Shown one piece after another: positions 34,286-43,110 of a stretch of 64,000 nt of DNA. Location: the NCBI GenBank assembly GCA_023461435.1, contig JAEYLC010000010.1, positions 78,669-142,668 of the forward strand. The letters run 5' to 3'. This DNA is from Bacillota bacterium. Lineage in GTDB: Bacteria > Bacillota > Clostridia > Christensenellales > SZUA-584. The notes beneath the pieces were generated by a model, which was given only the letters and a program-made list of their open reading frames with translations, had not been told where the DNA came from and made no database searches. The translations under genes were made by a program, and so were the position numbers. Numbering within the stretch: the first letter of the stretch is position 1; each line of letters begins with the position of its first letter.

Positions 34286-35473
34286 TTGCGGGCTATGAAG
34301 AATGTGACGGCTGCCGTCGAGTTTGGCACGTCGAAGGTCATGTGCGTGGTCGGTCGTGAAAAATCGATGGGACGCTTTGAGGTGCTCGGCGCCGGTGAGG
34401 CAAAATACGAAGGGATCAAGAACGGCCGTTGGCAAAAACCCTCAAACGTGGAGCAAGCCGTTGAAAAAGCGGTAACGCTTGCCGAAAAGAAAACAAAAAA
34501 ACGGATCAGAGAGGTGTTTGTCGGCGTTCCCGGCGTTTTTTGCAAGGTGGTTTGTCAGGATGGGCACGCCAATGTTGAGAGCGGGCGCGTGTGCCAGAGC
34601 GATATCGAGCGTCTAATTGAAAACGCCGAGCAGGGTTACGATGATTCACTCTATACGGTTGTGAACTCAACGCCCGTTTATTATGTGTTGGATGACGGCC
34701 ATCACTATATCGATGTAACCGACGTCGAAGCGAGCGAGCTCAACGGAGTCGTGTCGCTGATTTTTGTGAAGAACGAATTCATCGAGGACACGACGGCGCT
34801 GCTGCAAAACATCGGCGTCAAGGTGGCGGCTTATGTCCCCGAGGTGCTCGCCGAGAGCCTGTTCCTCGTGCCGGCCGAAGAGAGGGACTGCAGCAGTGTG
34901 CTTTTGAACGTGGGTTACTATGATACAAATGTCACGGTTGTCTACGGCGATGCAATTGTATATAATAAGACAATAAACGCTGGCGGTATGCAGATAGCTA
35001 ACGATCTGTCGATCGTGCTAAATCTGGATGTGGATATGGCGGAGCAGATCAAAAAACGGTATTCTTTTGGTCTTGAAAATACTGGCACGAAGATATATGA
35101 TTATGCCAGACAGCAGTCCGGACGACTGGAAAGATTCAGCCACGCTCTTGTATCCGAGGTCATTGACGCAAGGGTGGAGCACCTTTGCCAGCTGATTGGC
35201 AGAGTGTTTGAAAAGAGCCCGCTCAACATAGCGAGACGGACGCGCATTTATCTTTCCGGCGGCGGTATCGCGATGATGAAAGGCGTCAGGGACATGCTTC
35301 AGGGGCTTTTGAAGCGGCAGGTGCGCATTTCGAAAATCGAAGCGCCGCAGCTTTCAACGCCCAACTATTACATGGCGCTCGCACTGCTGGACTATGTTTT
35401 CGAAGCCAAATATCACAGCGGGTCAGGCGATTTAGCGTTACTGGAACGGTTATCGAAAAGGATGTTCGATTAG
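34286..35473 (+). CDS. ftsA: Cell-division protein FtsA (actin-like ATPase)
   Basis: Position before ftsZ. AVEFGTSKVMCVVG, LLNVGYYDTNVTV and YLSGGGIAMMKG are actin-fold phosphate/adenosine motifs. Confidence 0.85.
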   Translation: MRAMKNVTAAVEFGTSKVMCVVGREKSMGRFEVLGAGEAKYEGIKNGRWQKPSNVEQAVEKAVTLAEKKTKKRIREVFVGVPGVFCKVVCQDGHANVESGRVCQSDIERLIENAEQGYDDSLYTVVNSTPVYYVLDDGHHYIDVTDVEASELNGVVSLIFVKNEFIEDTTALLQNIGVKVAAYVPEVLAESLFLVPAEERDCSSVLLNVGYYDTNVTVVYGDAIVYNKTINAGGMQIANDLSIVLNLDVDMAEQIKKRYSFGLENTGTKIYDYARQQSGRLERFSHALVSEVIDARVEHLCQLIGRVFEKSPLNIARRTRIYLSGGGIAMMKGVRDMLQGLLKRQVRISKIEAPQLSTPNYYMALALLDYVFEAKYHSGSGDLALLERLSKRMFD

Positions 35474-35496
35474 ACGTTCTGAATAAGGGGGTCAAT

Positions 35497-36651
35497 ATGC
35501 CATTAGAGATTGATATTGAGCAGGACAGCATAGCCAAAATTAAGGTTATCGGCGTGGGCGGCGCGGGCAACAACGCGGTCAACCGCATGATTGATCATGG
35601 GGTGACAGGCGCCGAATTTTACGCCGTCAACACGGACAAGCAGGCGCTGCTGCTCTCAAGAGCCAAAAACAAAATCCAGATTGGAGAAAAGCTGACCAGC
35701 GGTCTTGGCGTGGGCGGAGATCCGACAATCGGCCGCCGTGCTGCCGAGGAAAGCATTGACGAGTTAAATTCGATCATCGACGGCGCGAATCTGATTTACA
35801 TCGCGGCGGGCCTCGGCGGCGGCACAGGGACAGGTGCGGCACCGGTGATTGCTGAGATCGCGCGGCAGAAGAAGATACTGACGGTCGCCGTGGTTACAAT
35901 GCCGTTTATGTTCGAGGGCGGCCAGCGCCTGACGCGCGCGAGAGACGGCCACGTGCAGCTCACGGATGTCGTGGATACGATCGTCACGATTCCGAACGAC
36001 AAGCTGCTGCAGGTGATCGGCAAAGGCACATCGATGCTCGAAGCGTTCCGCGTGGCGGACGATGTGTTAAGACAGGGCATACAGGGCATCACGGATCTGA
36101 TCGTGAAGCCCGCGCTTGTTAACCTCGATTTTGCGGATGTGCGCACGGTGATGATGGAACGCGGCGTCGCGCATATGGGCATCGGCGTCGGATACGGCGA
36201 CAACAAAACGATGGACGCGGCCAAGCAGGCCATTCAAAGCCCGCTGCTTGAAACAAGCATCGAGGGCGCGCGCGGTATTCTTTATAACGTGACGGGCGAT
36301 CCCACGATGAGCCTGCTCGAAATCGAAGAGGCGGCCAATCTGATCCGGCAGGCGGCCGACCCCGAGGCGAACATATTCTTCGGCGCGGACACCGACGACA
36401 GGCTCGAGGACGAGGTGCGCATCACGGTGATCGCGACAGGCTTCAGCGGTGTTCCTAGGAAACAGCCGCAGCCGCAGCCCACCACGCCCATGAGGGAAGA
36501 GCTTGATTTTCATGGCAGCTCGGATGACGATGATATCTTTATCCCGGTCAGGCCGGAAAAGAAAACGCCCTCGCTCAGCGGATTTGAAACGGGCAACGAG
36601 CTCGATATTCCGCCGTTCCTCCGGCGCAAGCGCATTAAAAAGGATTTCTAA
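35497..36651 (+). CDS. ftsZ: Cell-division GTPase FtsZ
   Basis: GVGGAGNNAV, tubulin signature GLGGGTGTGAAP, C-terminal peptide DIPPFLRRK. Confidence 0.97.
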   Translation: MPLEIDIEQDSIAKIKVIGVGGAGNNAVNRMIDHGVTGAEFYAVNTDKQALLLSRAKNKIQIGEKLTSGLGVGGDPTIGRRAAEESIDELNSIIDGANLIYIAAGLGGGTGTGAAPVIAEIARQKKILTVAVVTMPFMFEGGQRLTRARDGHVQLTDVVDTIVTIPNDKLLQVIGKGTSMLEAFRVADDVLRQGIQGITDLIVKPALVNLDFADVRTVMMERGVAHMGIGVGYGDNKTMDAAKQAIQSPLLETSIEGARGILYNVTGDPTMSLLEIEEAANLIRQAADPEANIFFGADTDDRLEDEVRITVIATGFSGVPRKQPQPQPTTPMREELDFHGSSDDDDIFIPVRPEKKTPSLSGFETGNELDIPPFLRRKRIKKDF

Positions 36652-36656
36652 AACAG

Positions 36657-36685
36657 ATGCCCGCTTCAAGCGGGCATTGTTGTCT
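36657..36685 (+). terminator. Rho-independent terminator after ftsZ
   Basis: ATGCCCGC-ttcaa-GCGGGCAT followed by TGTTGTCTGT. Confidence 0.65.
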
Positions 36686-36734
36686 GTGTGCATGTCCATG
36701 AACCGGAATAAAGCGTGAAGACGAAAGGAATAAA

Positions 36735-37397
36735 ATGAACAAAAGAACTGCATGGCTCGTACTAGCCATTATGTTTGCAGCCGCGATGATGATGCTGGGC
36801 GGATGCGTACAGCCTGAGGCAGACGGCAAGCTTGAGGACGGCGGGCGCGTGATCGCTTTAAGCGGCGATTTTTCGCAAGTCCGCGCGTACCGCGGCGAGA
36901 CGGTCACGCTGATTTATTCGGGGGACGGCGATGTCTCGCTCAGCGTGCCGGATTTTGAGGCGGAAGCGAGCGGCAGCGGCGAAGTGAGGGTTCAGTTTAA
37001 GGCTGCGAAAACGGGAAGCTTTGATATCGCCGTCACCGCGGACGGCGGCACGCAAACGGGCAGGCTCATCGTTGAAGAGCTCGCGGAAACGAACGTGTAT
37101 AATAGCGTGGACGCGCAAGAGTTCGAGGCGGCGATGACGGGGGACTATCTGCTGCTCGATGTGAGAACGCAGGAGGAATACGATAACGGCCATATCGAGG
37201 GGGCGCTGCTGATACCGCATAACGAGCTGTCAAACCGTCTCGACGAGGTGCAGGGGGCCGACAAGGTGCTCGTGTACTGCGCGTCGGGCAACCGCAGCGT
37301 GACCGCTTCGCAGATACTCACAGAGGCGGGAATTAAAGAGGTTTTCAATCTTCAGGGCGGCTTTTCCGCATGGCAAACCTACAAAGGCGTCAATTGA
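36735..37397 (+). CDS. Lipoprotein with C-terminal rhodanese domain
   Basis: Lipobox MLGGC. Rhodanese core LLLDVRTQEEYDNGHIEGA and active-site loop YCASGNRS. Confidence 0.8.
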   Translation: MNKRTAWLVLAIMFAAAMMMLGGCVQPEADGKLEDGGRVIALSGDFSQVRAYRGETVTLIYSGDGDVSLSVPDFEAEASGSGEVRVQFKAAKTGSFDIAVTADGGTQTGRLIVEELAETNVYNSVDAQEFEAAMTGDYLLLDVRTQEEYDNGHIEGALLIPHNELSNRLDEVQGADKVLVYCASGNRSVTASQILTEAGIKEVFNLQGGFSAWQTYKGVN

Positions 37398-37450
37398 CTT
37401 TTGACCGCCGCATATAATATAATGATGCGATCAATAGCAGAAATGGAAGT

Positions 37451-38833
37451 GTGGGTTTGAAGCTTTTTAACACGATGACGCGAACAAAAGAGGAATTCGT
37501 TCCCGTGGAGCCGGGCAAGGCCAAAATATACGCCTGCGGCCCCACTGTGTATAACTTTTTTCACATCGGCAACGCAAGGCCGTTCATCATCTTTGATACG
37601 CTGCGCCGGTATCTTGAGTATTCCGGCCTCAAAGTGACGTTCGTCCAGAACTTCACGGACGTGGACGACAAGATGATTGCCCGGGCCGCGGAGGAAAACA
37701 CGAGCTTAAAGGAACTCGGCGAACGCTTTATCGCGGAGTATTACCGGGATGCCAAGGGCCTTGGCATTGAGCCGGCCACAGTGCACCCAAGGGCCACCGA
37801 ACACATTGTGGACATCATCAGGCTGGTTGAGACGCTGATCGAGTCCGGCCACGCTTATGAAACGGGCGGCGATGTGTATTTTGACGTGTCGAGCTTCCCC
37901 GAATACGGTAAGCTCTCGGGACAGTCGCTCGAAGATCTGCAGGCGGGCGCGCGTATCGATGTCACGGAAATAAAAAAGAACCCTGAGGATTTTGCGCTGT
38001 GGAAGGCCGCCAAGCCCGGCGAAGACAGTTGGGAGAGCCCGTGGGGCAAGGGACGCCCGGGCTGGCATATCGAGTGCAGCGCGATGAGCATGAAATACCT
38101 TGGGGACACGATCGACATTCACGGCGGCGGACAGGATTTGATTTTCCCGCATCACGAGAATGAGATCGCTCAGTCCGAAGCGGCCACCGGTAAGCCGTTC
38201 GCGAAATACTGGATGCACAACGGCTACATCAATGTGAACAACGAGAAGATGTCCAAATCCAAGGGCAATTTCTTCACGGTGCGCGATATCGCGCAGAAAT
38301 ATGATTTAAAGGTCGTCCGGCTGTTTATGCTCTCGGCGCATTACCGCAACCCGATCAACTTCAGCGAGGAGCTCATCATGCAGGCGGCGTCCGCGATGGC
38401 GCGTATCAAAAACTGCCGTGACAATTTGAAACATATCATTTCCACGGGCAGCGCGGATACGGCGGATGTGACAAAGGACGTCTGCGCGCTCGAAAATCAG
38501 TTCAAAAAGGCGATGGACGACGATTTAAACACCGCCGAAGCGATCGGCGTGATATTCGAATACATCCATGACATCAACCTCGCTTTTGAGGACGGCAAAG
38601 GCGCGCAGGGCGCAAAGGAAGCGCTGGATGCGCTCGACAAGGTGCTCGGCGTCTTAGGGCTGGTGCCCGAAGACGAGGAGATACCGGGCGAAATACAGGC
38701 TTTGGCCGAGCAGCGCCAGCAGGCGCGCAAGGCGCGTGATTTTGCGAAAGCGGATGCGTTGCGCGATCAGCTGACATCGCTGGGGTACGATTTGAAAGAC
38801 ACGCCTGAAGGCGTGAAAATAAGCAGAAGATAA
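37451..38833 (+). CDS. cysS: Cysteine--tRNA ligase
   Basis: HIGN (FFHIGNARP) and KMSKS motifs. The start is either GTG 37451 or TTG 37457. Confidence 0.95.
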   Translation: MGLKLFNTMTRTKEEFVPVEPGKAKIYACGPTVYNFFHIGNARPFIIFDTLRRYLEYSGLKVTFVQNFTDVDDKMIARAAEENTSLKELGERFIAEYYRDAKGLGIEPATVHPRATEHIVDIIRLVETLIESGHAYETGGDVYFDVSSFPEYGKLSGQSLEDLQAGARIDVTEIKKNPEDFALWKAAKPGEDSWESPWGKGRPGWHIECSAMSMKYLGDTIDIHGGGQDLIFPHHENEIAQSEAATGKPFAKYWMHNGYINVNNEKMSKSKGNFFTVRDIAQKYDLKVVRLFMLSAHYRNPINFSEELIMQAASAMARIKNCRDNLKHIISTGSADTADVTKDVCALENQFKKAMDDDLNTAEAIGVIFEYIHDINLAFEDGKGAQGAKEALDALDKVLGVLGLVPEDEEIPGEIQALAEQRQQARKARDFAKADALRDQLTSLGYDLKDTPEGVKISRR

Positions 38834-38846
38834 GGGGTACAACGAT

Positions 38847-39155
38847 TTGGAAGGCATGAATCAAATGATGGCCGCCTTTATGGCCATCTTCGGCGCGTTT
38901 GCTCTCTATTCCGCATTTACGGGCAAAGGCCCGGCGTTTAACAACGATTATCCGAAAGCCATGAAGGAAGACGCCAACAAGATGCTGCGCAAATTTTGCT
39001 GGATTTTCGGGCCGATCGCTCTGATCACGGGTATACTCGACTATTTGGGCCATGAATGGGCCTATTGGGTGAGCCTTGCCACCGTGCTGCCGGGCATCGT
39101 TGTTTATGTCATTTTGTTCAGAAGACGGTTTAAAAACTATCTGAAGAAAAGATAA
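38847..39155 (+). CDS. Small membrane protein (3 predicted TM), unknown function
   Basis: Hydrophobic segments MMAAFMAIFGAFALYSAF, FCWIFGPIALITGIL and VSLATVLPGIVVYVILF. Start uncertain. Confidence 0.5.
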   Translation: MEGMNQMMAAFMAIFGAFALYSAFTGKGPAFNNDYPKAMKEDANKMLRKFCWIFGPIALITGILDYLGHEWAYWVSLATVLPGIVVYVILFRRRFKNYLKKR

Positions 39156-39213
39156 GACAAACGATAGTTCGTATGCATAGTATATCCTAAGCCTTGTTAA
39201 GGAGTGCTATTGC

Positions 39214-39543
39214 ATGAAAACGTATTTGACTGAGCAGAATGAATGGATACGTCTCAGTGCCCACAGGGCGAAAGTGGGTCTTGACTGCAATGCAGTGAAG
39301 GGAGACGTCGTCTTTATAGAGCTTCCGGTTATCGGGCTTCATGTACAAAAGGGCCAGCCCTGTGCCACAGTCGAGTCCATAAAAGCGGTCAGCGAGGTCC
39401 ACTCTCCCGTGGATGGTGTGATATCGGACGTCAACGATGCTGTTTTTGACGCTCCGGACGTGATCACACAAAAGGATACCTGGCTTTTCACGGTGGATTT
39501 TGAGGGCAAAGCGGATACGAGTGAATGGACGATTAAGAATTAA
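39214..39543 (+). CDS. Glycine-cleavage-H-like lipoyl carrier protein (short, orphan)
   Basis: GDVVFIELPVIG...CATVESIKAVSEVHSPVDGVISDVN keeps the lipoyl-lysine context (ES-x-K-A). A terminator-like hairpin AGGCTG...CAGCCT plus T-run follows at about 39551-39590. Confidence 0.75.
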   Translation: MKTYLTEQNEWIRLSAHRAKVGLDCNAVKGDVVFIELPVIGLHVQKGQPCATVESIKAVSEVHSPVDGVISDVNDAVFDAPDVITQKDTWLFTVDFEGKADTSEWTIKN

Positions 39544-39936
39544 GATGCGGCGAGGCTGTTCCCATCGGGGCAGCCTTGTGTTATTTTTAAGAGAATAATG
39601 CAATCGTGCCGATGGACATGTCTTCTCCTAAAGGAGAAGGTGGCGCATCGCGTCGGATGAGGTGTCAAACAAAAAGTGTCAGCACGAACACCTTGTCATT
39701 CGCCTGTTGGCGACACAGGTTGCTGACAAAGTCACAAATATCATTTTGAGTGAATGTAAGGAATCGGCTACGCAGTGGACTAAGATCCCATGTTATAAGC
39801 GTTTACCATGGGATGCTTCACTTCACTCACGTTCCGTTCAGCATGACAGGTTGGAGATTTTCATCAAGCTGGCCTTCCCCTCGATGGGAAGCCTTTCGAT
39901 GATGCAAGTTCTTTGCGGCTGTATAAAGGAGGCACT

Positions 39937-41100
39937 ATGGCGAAGTTCATAATCGTGGTGATGGACAGCGTGGGCGCGGGCGAGCTGCCCGACGCGGCAC
40001 GCTTTGGCGACGAAGGCTCGGATACGCTCGGGCATATCATAGAGGCGTATCCTGATATAAAGCTCTCAAACCTCAAGAGTCTCGGCCTTAGCAGGCTTAA
40101 GAGCCTTGAGTATGACGGCGAAGTGATCGGCGCATACGGCAGGGCGGCGGAGCATTTCTCGGGCAAGGATACGACAGGCGGACACTTTGAGATCAGCGGC
40201 CTCATACTGGACAAGCCGTTTCCAACCTTTTCGCACGGATTTCCCAAGGAATTTATCAGCGCGTTTGAGAAAGCCGCGGGCCGCGGTACACTGGGCAATG
40301 TGGCCGCTTCGGGCACGGAGATCATCAAAGAGCTGGGCGCAGAGCATGTGAAAACAGGCAAGCTCATCGTCTACACGTCAGCGGACAGCGTATTTCAGAT
40401 CGCGGCGCATGAGGACGTGGTGCCGCTGCCTGAGCTTTACGCGATATGCGAAAAAGCGAGAAGCATGCTTGTGGGCGATCTCGGCGTGGGCCGCGTGATC
40501 GCGCGGCCGTTTATCGGCGAGGAAGGCCGCTTTGAGCGCACCAAAAACCGCCGCGATTTTTCATTCGCGCCGCCGGGCGAGACGATACTCACCGCGCTGA
40601 AGAACGCCGGGCTCGAGGTGTACGGCATCGGCAAGATCGAGGACATTTTCGCGGGCGTGGGCTTAACAAAGCGCAACCACACGCGCGACAACGATTCCGG
40701 CATTACGGCGACGGTGGAAGCGATAACGGAGGATTTTGACGGGCTTGTGTTCACGAATCTCGTGGATTTTGATATGCTGTACGGTCACCGCAACAACGTG
40801 CGGGGCTATAAGGATGCGCTCGAGGCGCTCGATATCCGCATCCCCGAGATGCTGGAAGCGATGAGGCCGGAGGATATCATACTGTTTACGGCGGACCACG
40901 GCTGCGACCCGACCACGGCAAGCACCGACCACTCGCGCGAGTACATTCCGATATTCGCTTACGGTACACGCGTCAGGGCGGGTGCGGATATCGGCACGCG
41001 CAGCACGTTTGCCGACATCGCCGCAACGGCGGTGGAATTTTTCGGGCTGCAAGAGTGGCATGTGGGAAAATCGTTTTTACAGGAAATTACGGAGGACTAA
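39937..41100 (+). CDS. deoB: Phosphopentomutase
   Basis: [20 protein letters not shown]...GSDTLGHI N-terminus and DHGCDPT motif. AAAGGAGG lies before ATG 39937. Confidence 0.93.
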   Translation: MAKFIIVVMDSVGAGELPDAARFGDEGSDTLGHIIEAYPDIKLSNLKSLGLSRLKSLEYDGEVIGAYGRAAEHFSGKDTTGGHFEISGLILDKPFPTFSHGFPKEFISAFEKAAGRGTLGNVAASGTEIIKELGAEHVKTGKLIVYTSADSVFQIAAHEDVVPLPELYAICEKARSMLVGDLGVGRVIARPFIGEEGRFERTKNRRDFSFAPPGETILTALKNAGLEVYGIGKIEDIFAGVGLTKRNHTRDNDSGITATVEAITEDFDGLVFTNLVDFDMLYGHRNNVRGYKDALEALDIRIPEMLEAMRPEDIILFTADHGCDPTTASTDHSREYIPIFAYGTRVRAGADIGTRSTFADIAATAVEFFGLQEWHVGKSFLQEITED

Positions 41101-41104
41101 GACC

Positions 41105-41920
41105 ATGACGAGGGAAAAAATACACATCGCGTATGAAACGCTGAGCAAGGCAACCGCGCAGCGGCCGGAGGTTTGCGTGGTGCTGGGCAGCGGCCTTGGC
41201 GATTACGCCGATTCGCTCGAAAACGCTCAGACGGTGCCATACGCCTCGATACCGGGATTTCCGGTATCCACCGCGCCGGGCCACGCGGCGCGGCTTGTGT
41301 TCGGCAGCAGGCACGGCGTGAATATCGTGTGCATGCAGGGGCGCTTTCACTGCTATGAAGGATATTCCGCCGCCGAAACGGTGATTCCGCTGCGCGCGCT
41401 TGTGAAGCTCGGCATCAAGAAGCTGCTGCTTACGAATGCGGCGGGCGGCATCAATATGGGCTTCAAGCCGGGCGACATCATGATCATCAAGGATCATATC
41501 AATTTCACGTGCTTTAACCCGCTGATCGGCTCCAATATGGACGATTTCGGTCCGCGTTTTCCCGATATGTCGTACGCGTATGACAGAGGGCTCAATCAGG
41601 CGCTGCAGGACGCGGCGAATGCAAGCGGCATCGAGATCAAAACGGGCGTTTACGCGATGATGTCAGGGCCGTCGTATGAAACGCCGGCCGAAATCAGGGC
41701 GCTGCGCACGCTCGGCGCGGACGCGGTCGGCATGTCGACCGTGCCTGAGATCATCGCGGCGGCGCACGCGGGCGTGAAATCCGCGGCGCTGTCGTGCATC
41801 ACCAACATGGCGGCGGGCATACTCGATCAGCCGCTGACGCACGGGGAAGTGATTGAGACGGGGCGCATCGCGGCGGGCCGCATACAGACGGTGATCGACG
41901 GCTTCATCGCGCGCATTTAG
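41105..41920 (+). CDS. punA: Purine nucleoside phosphorylase (PNP-I/PunA type)
   Basis: VVLGSGLG, QGRFHCYEGY, SGPSYETPAE and GMSTVPE motifs. The track ORF's upstream extension lies inside deoB. Confidence 0.9.
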   Translation: MTREKIHIAYETLSKATAQRPEVCVVLGSGLGDYADSLENAQTVPYASIPGFPVSTAPGHAARLVFGSRHGVNIVCMQGRFHCYEGYSAAETVIPLRALVKLGIKKLLLTNAAGGINMGFKPGDIMIIKDHINFTCFNPLIGSNMDDFGPRFPDMSYAYDRGLNQALQDAANASGIEIKTGVYAMMSGPSYETPAEIRALRTLGADAVGMSTVPEIIAAAHAGVKSAALSCITNMAAGILDQPLTHGEVIETGRIAAGRIQTVIDGFIARI

Positions 41921-41998
41921 ATAAAATTCATCTGTGATGCGATAAATAAAAAAAGATTTGATCGCGATTTGCTGCCGAGTGTCAAAAGATCTACATTT

Positions 41999-42042
41999 GG
42001 CCCCCTGGGGAGGGGGCTGTCACCGCAAGGTGACTGGGGGAG
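41999..42042. repeat. REP-like double-hairpin element, copy B (inverted relative to copy A)
   Basis: gGCCCCCTggggAGGGGGCtGTCACCgcaaGGTGACtgggggag. Its reverse complement matches 393-438 in both stems but not in the loops. Confidence 0.6.
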
Positions 42043-42088
42043 GGAAGATCGCTCTTTCCAACACTTAAAAAGCTTCTTCAGCACTTTG

Positions 42089-42116
42089 AGCGTTTCCTTG
42101 CGAAACGCTTTTTTCA
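42089..42116 (+). terminator. Rho-independent terminator after deoB-punA
   Basis: AGCGTTTC-cttgc-GAAACGCT followed by TTTTTT. Confidence 0.7.
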
Positions 42117-42216
42117 TGCTTTAGTCAAACAGATCTATTCATGTTCCGAGCATATCTCCGCGCCGGGCTTAATATATTGTATCAGGGAACGTACACGGTA
42201 GAGGAGGCTGAGCAAT

Positions 42217-42405
42217 ATGAGAGTTTTAATGCTGCCGCTTCTGACAGCGCGCTTTGTTTATCCGGCAGAGACGCTTGCCGCCGTGATACCCAAACAGGCT
42301 CAGGGCCTGATCTGGATCACCTTATTTTCTGTTGCATTCATCATACTCATCTCCGTTATGCTTCGCTGCGGCAAAGCAAAACAGAGAATCAAACCGCTGA
42401 AATAA
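42217..42405 (+). CDS. Possible 62-aa small membrane protein
   Basis: GGAGG lies 9 nt upstream. N-terminal hydrophobic stretch, central TM LIWITLFSVAFIILISVML, basic tail RCGKAKQRIKPLK. No family recognised. Confidence 0.35.
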   Translation: MRVLMLPLLTARFVYPAETLAAVIPKQAQGLIWITLFSVAFIILISVMLRCGKAKQRIKPLK

Positions 42406-42492
42406 TCTTATATCTTATTTTTCGGGCGTTTGCAAAATGCAGACGCTTTTTTATTTGGGAAGCACTGATTCATTCGGCGCTTCCTTTGCTTA

Positions 42493-42549
42493 TTGACAAA
42501 ACAGATCAAAGTCGATACTATGTATCTACAAGATATATCTAATAGATAT
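42493..42549 (+). promoter_or_regulatory. Promoter plus tandem palindromes (candidate PadR operator)
   Basis: TTGACA (42493-42498), 17-nt spacer, TACTAT (42516-42521). These are followed by TATCT-aca-AGATA (42523-42535) and ATATCTA-a-TAGATAT (42535-42549). Confidence 0.5.
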
Positions 42550-42561
42550 GAGGTAATCGAA

Positions 42562-43110
42562 GTGAGAAACAGTAAAACGCAGTATGTGATACTCGGTCTG
42601 CTGACGGAAGGGCCGATGACCGGATATGATATCAAAAAGATCATAGATATCCGGTTCAGCTTTTTCTGGAACGAGAGCTATGGCCAGCTTTATCCGATGC
42701 TCAAAGCGCTGACGGATGACAAGCTGATCACGGCGGAGAAAAGCGGCGAGGGCCGCGCCAAGGTCACGTATGCCATTACGCCGCAGGGAAGAATGGCGCT
42801 CAAGGAATGGCTCGAAGCGCCTGTTGAGAAGGAGACTTTCCGCATCGAGCTGCTGCTCAAAATGTACTTCTCGGGAGGGACCGGCACCGATGTGATGAAA
42901 AATCATATCCAGACCTATAGGGAAACGCAGCTTAAGCAGCTCGCCGTGCTGAGCGGCTTTGAAAAGGAACTGCTGAGCATCGCGGACGACCATAATAATC
43001 ACAGGGATGTGCTGCGCGTGGTTGCCTTCGGGCAAAAAGCCTACAGCGCCTATATCGAATGGTGTGACGAAACGCTGGAATATCTGGAGGGGAAAGATAA
43101 TGAAGTTTAA
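42562..43110 (+). CDS. PadR family transcriptional regulator
   Basis: (M)RNSKTQYVILGLLTEGPMTGYDIKKII...YAITPQGRMAL. GTG 42562 lies 6 nt after GAGGT. Confidence 0.85.
   Translation: MRNSKTQYVILGLLTEGPMTGYDIKKIIDIRFSFFWNESYGQLYPMLKALTDDKLITAEKSGEGRAKVTYAITPQGRMALKEWLEAPVEKETFRIELLLKMYFSGGTGTDVMKNHIQTYRETQLKQLAVLSGFEKELLSIADDHNNHRDVLRVVAFGQKAYSAYIEWCDETLEYLEGKDNEV

Noticed and set aside
37398-37450. T-box leader upstream of cysS (and likewise upstream of asnB at 8707-8841)
   Set aside because: The spacers are only about 50 nt and about 120 nt, which is too short for a T-box. No T-box sequence or terminator/antiterminator pair is visible.
39662-39952. 96-aa ORF upstream of and overlapping the deoB start
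   Set aside because: It has a GTG start without an SD, a Cys/His-scattered composition, and overlaps the deoB SD and start. It is treated as a non-coding leader.
41917-42117. 66-aa minus-strand ORF between punA and its terminator
   Set aside because: It consists largely of the translated REP-like element (..SPCGDSPLPRGPN..) and the terminator hairpin. It has no SD.
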